NCBI GenBank assembly: GCA_963741925.1
Contig: CAVUJU010000005.1
Coordinates: forward strand, 2,472,534-2,536,533
Source of the DNA: an uncultured Acidobacteriota bacterium
GTDB taxonomy: Bacteria; Acidobacteriota; Thermoanaerobaculia; Multivoradales; DATKCC01
Direction: 5' to 3'
Length of the DNA stretch: 64,000 nt
Shown here: positions 62,164 through 64,000 of the stretch, in pieces
Layout of the letters: every line of letters starts with the position of its first letter
How positions within the stretch are numbered: position 1 is the stretch's first letter
The notes under the pieces: generated by a model
What the model saw: only the letters and a program-made list of their open reading frames with translations
The model's database searches: none
What the model was told of the DNA's origin: nothing
Position numbers and translations under genes: made by a program

Positions 62164-62421
62164 CTAGAGAAGCTCCGCCGCAACCCGACGAGGCAAGTTG
62201 AGCGCCCCAGGCTTCGAGCACCGGACGGCCCCCGCCCACGTCGAGCGGTGGAGCCCGCGTTCACCGGATCGGCTACTCCAAGACGCTGGGTTCATCGGAT
62301 GCCCCCCGCAACCCCTCGATCCCCTTCCCACCCCACGGGGGGGAAGGGGACGGCCCCTCCCGCTCTCGTGGATCTGCTGAAAACTGGGCTCGTTCGTCAT
62401 GATTTCGCTCGTGGTAGACGA

Positions 62422-62425
<4 letters not shown>
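62164..62425 (+). repeat. Family A element inserted between nuoF and nuoG, flanked by duplicated CTAG
   Basis: CTAG at 62164-62167 and 62422-62425, the latter giving the nuoF stop; A head, hairpin and tail all present. Confidence 0.85.
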
Positions 62426-63735
<1,310 letters not shown>

Positions 63736-63737
63736 GG

Positions 63738-64000
63738 CTAGTCGAGCTCCTCGAGGATCTCCCGGACCCGCTCGGGGGTCAGGTTCTCCTCGTAGTGGTC
63801 GTCGAGCATCATCATCGGCGCCGTGTCGCAGGAGCCGAGGCACTCGAAGTGGGTGTAGGAGCACCGGCCGTCGGGGGTCACCTCGTCCTCGCCCACGCCC
63901 AGCTCGCGGCCGAGCCGCGCCAGGATCTCCTCGGCGCCGCGGAGCTGGCAAGGGAGGTTGGTGCACACCCGCAGGCGGTGGCGTCCCACCGGGCTCTGGT
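63738..64000 (-). CDS. nuoE: NADH-quinone oxidoreductase subunit E (5' part outside the window)
   Basis: VCTNLPC and ECLGSCDTAP 2Fe-2S motifs. Confidence 0.9.
   Translation of the reverse strand, partial: QSPVGRHRLRVCTNLPCQLRGAEEILARLGRELGVGEDEVTPDGRCSYTHFECLGSCDTAPMMMLDDHYEENLTPERVREILEELD

Overview
High-GC bacterial DNA. The split nuo operon lacking nuoI and followed by rex, miaA-hfq, and a multiheme TPR cytochrome resemble Acidobacteria (inference only). The left part (about 1-36 kb) looks accessory: vapBC, three sensor kinases, ackA-phosphoketolase, pgm-HAD-zwf, a fatty acid desaturase interrupted by a four-ORF IS21 element with a 5-bp target duplication, cfa, general-stress small proteins and an arsR-acr3-arsP locus. 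The right part (37.7-64 kb) is core genome: comEC, miaA, hfq, dnaE, a CBS/CCA-type nucleotidyltransferase, rsmD, rex and nuoEFGHJKLMN. The strongest unexplained signal is a set of eight intergenic promoters sharing the box GGTAG(A/T)AAnTGC(G/T)C fused to a weak -35, then 17-18 bp and a TAnnnT -10, often with an upstream GGTAG-n3-CTACC palindrome. This suggests an undescribed stress regulon; one of the promoters drives a candidate anti-SD small RNA. The window also has three families of non-coding CTAG-associated interspersed repeats that form mosaics and 63-bp tandem arrays.
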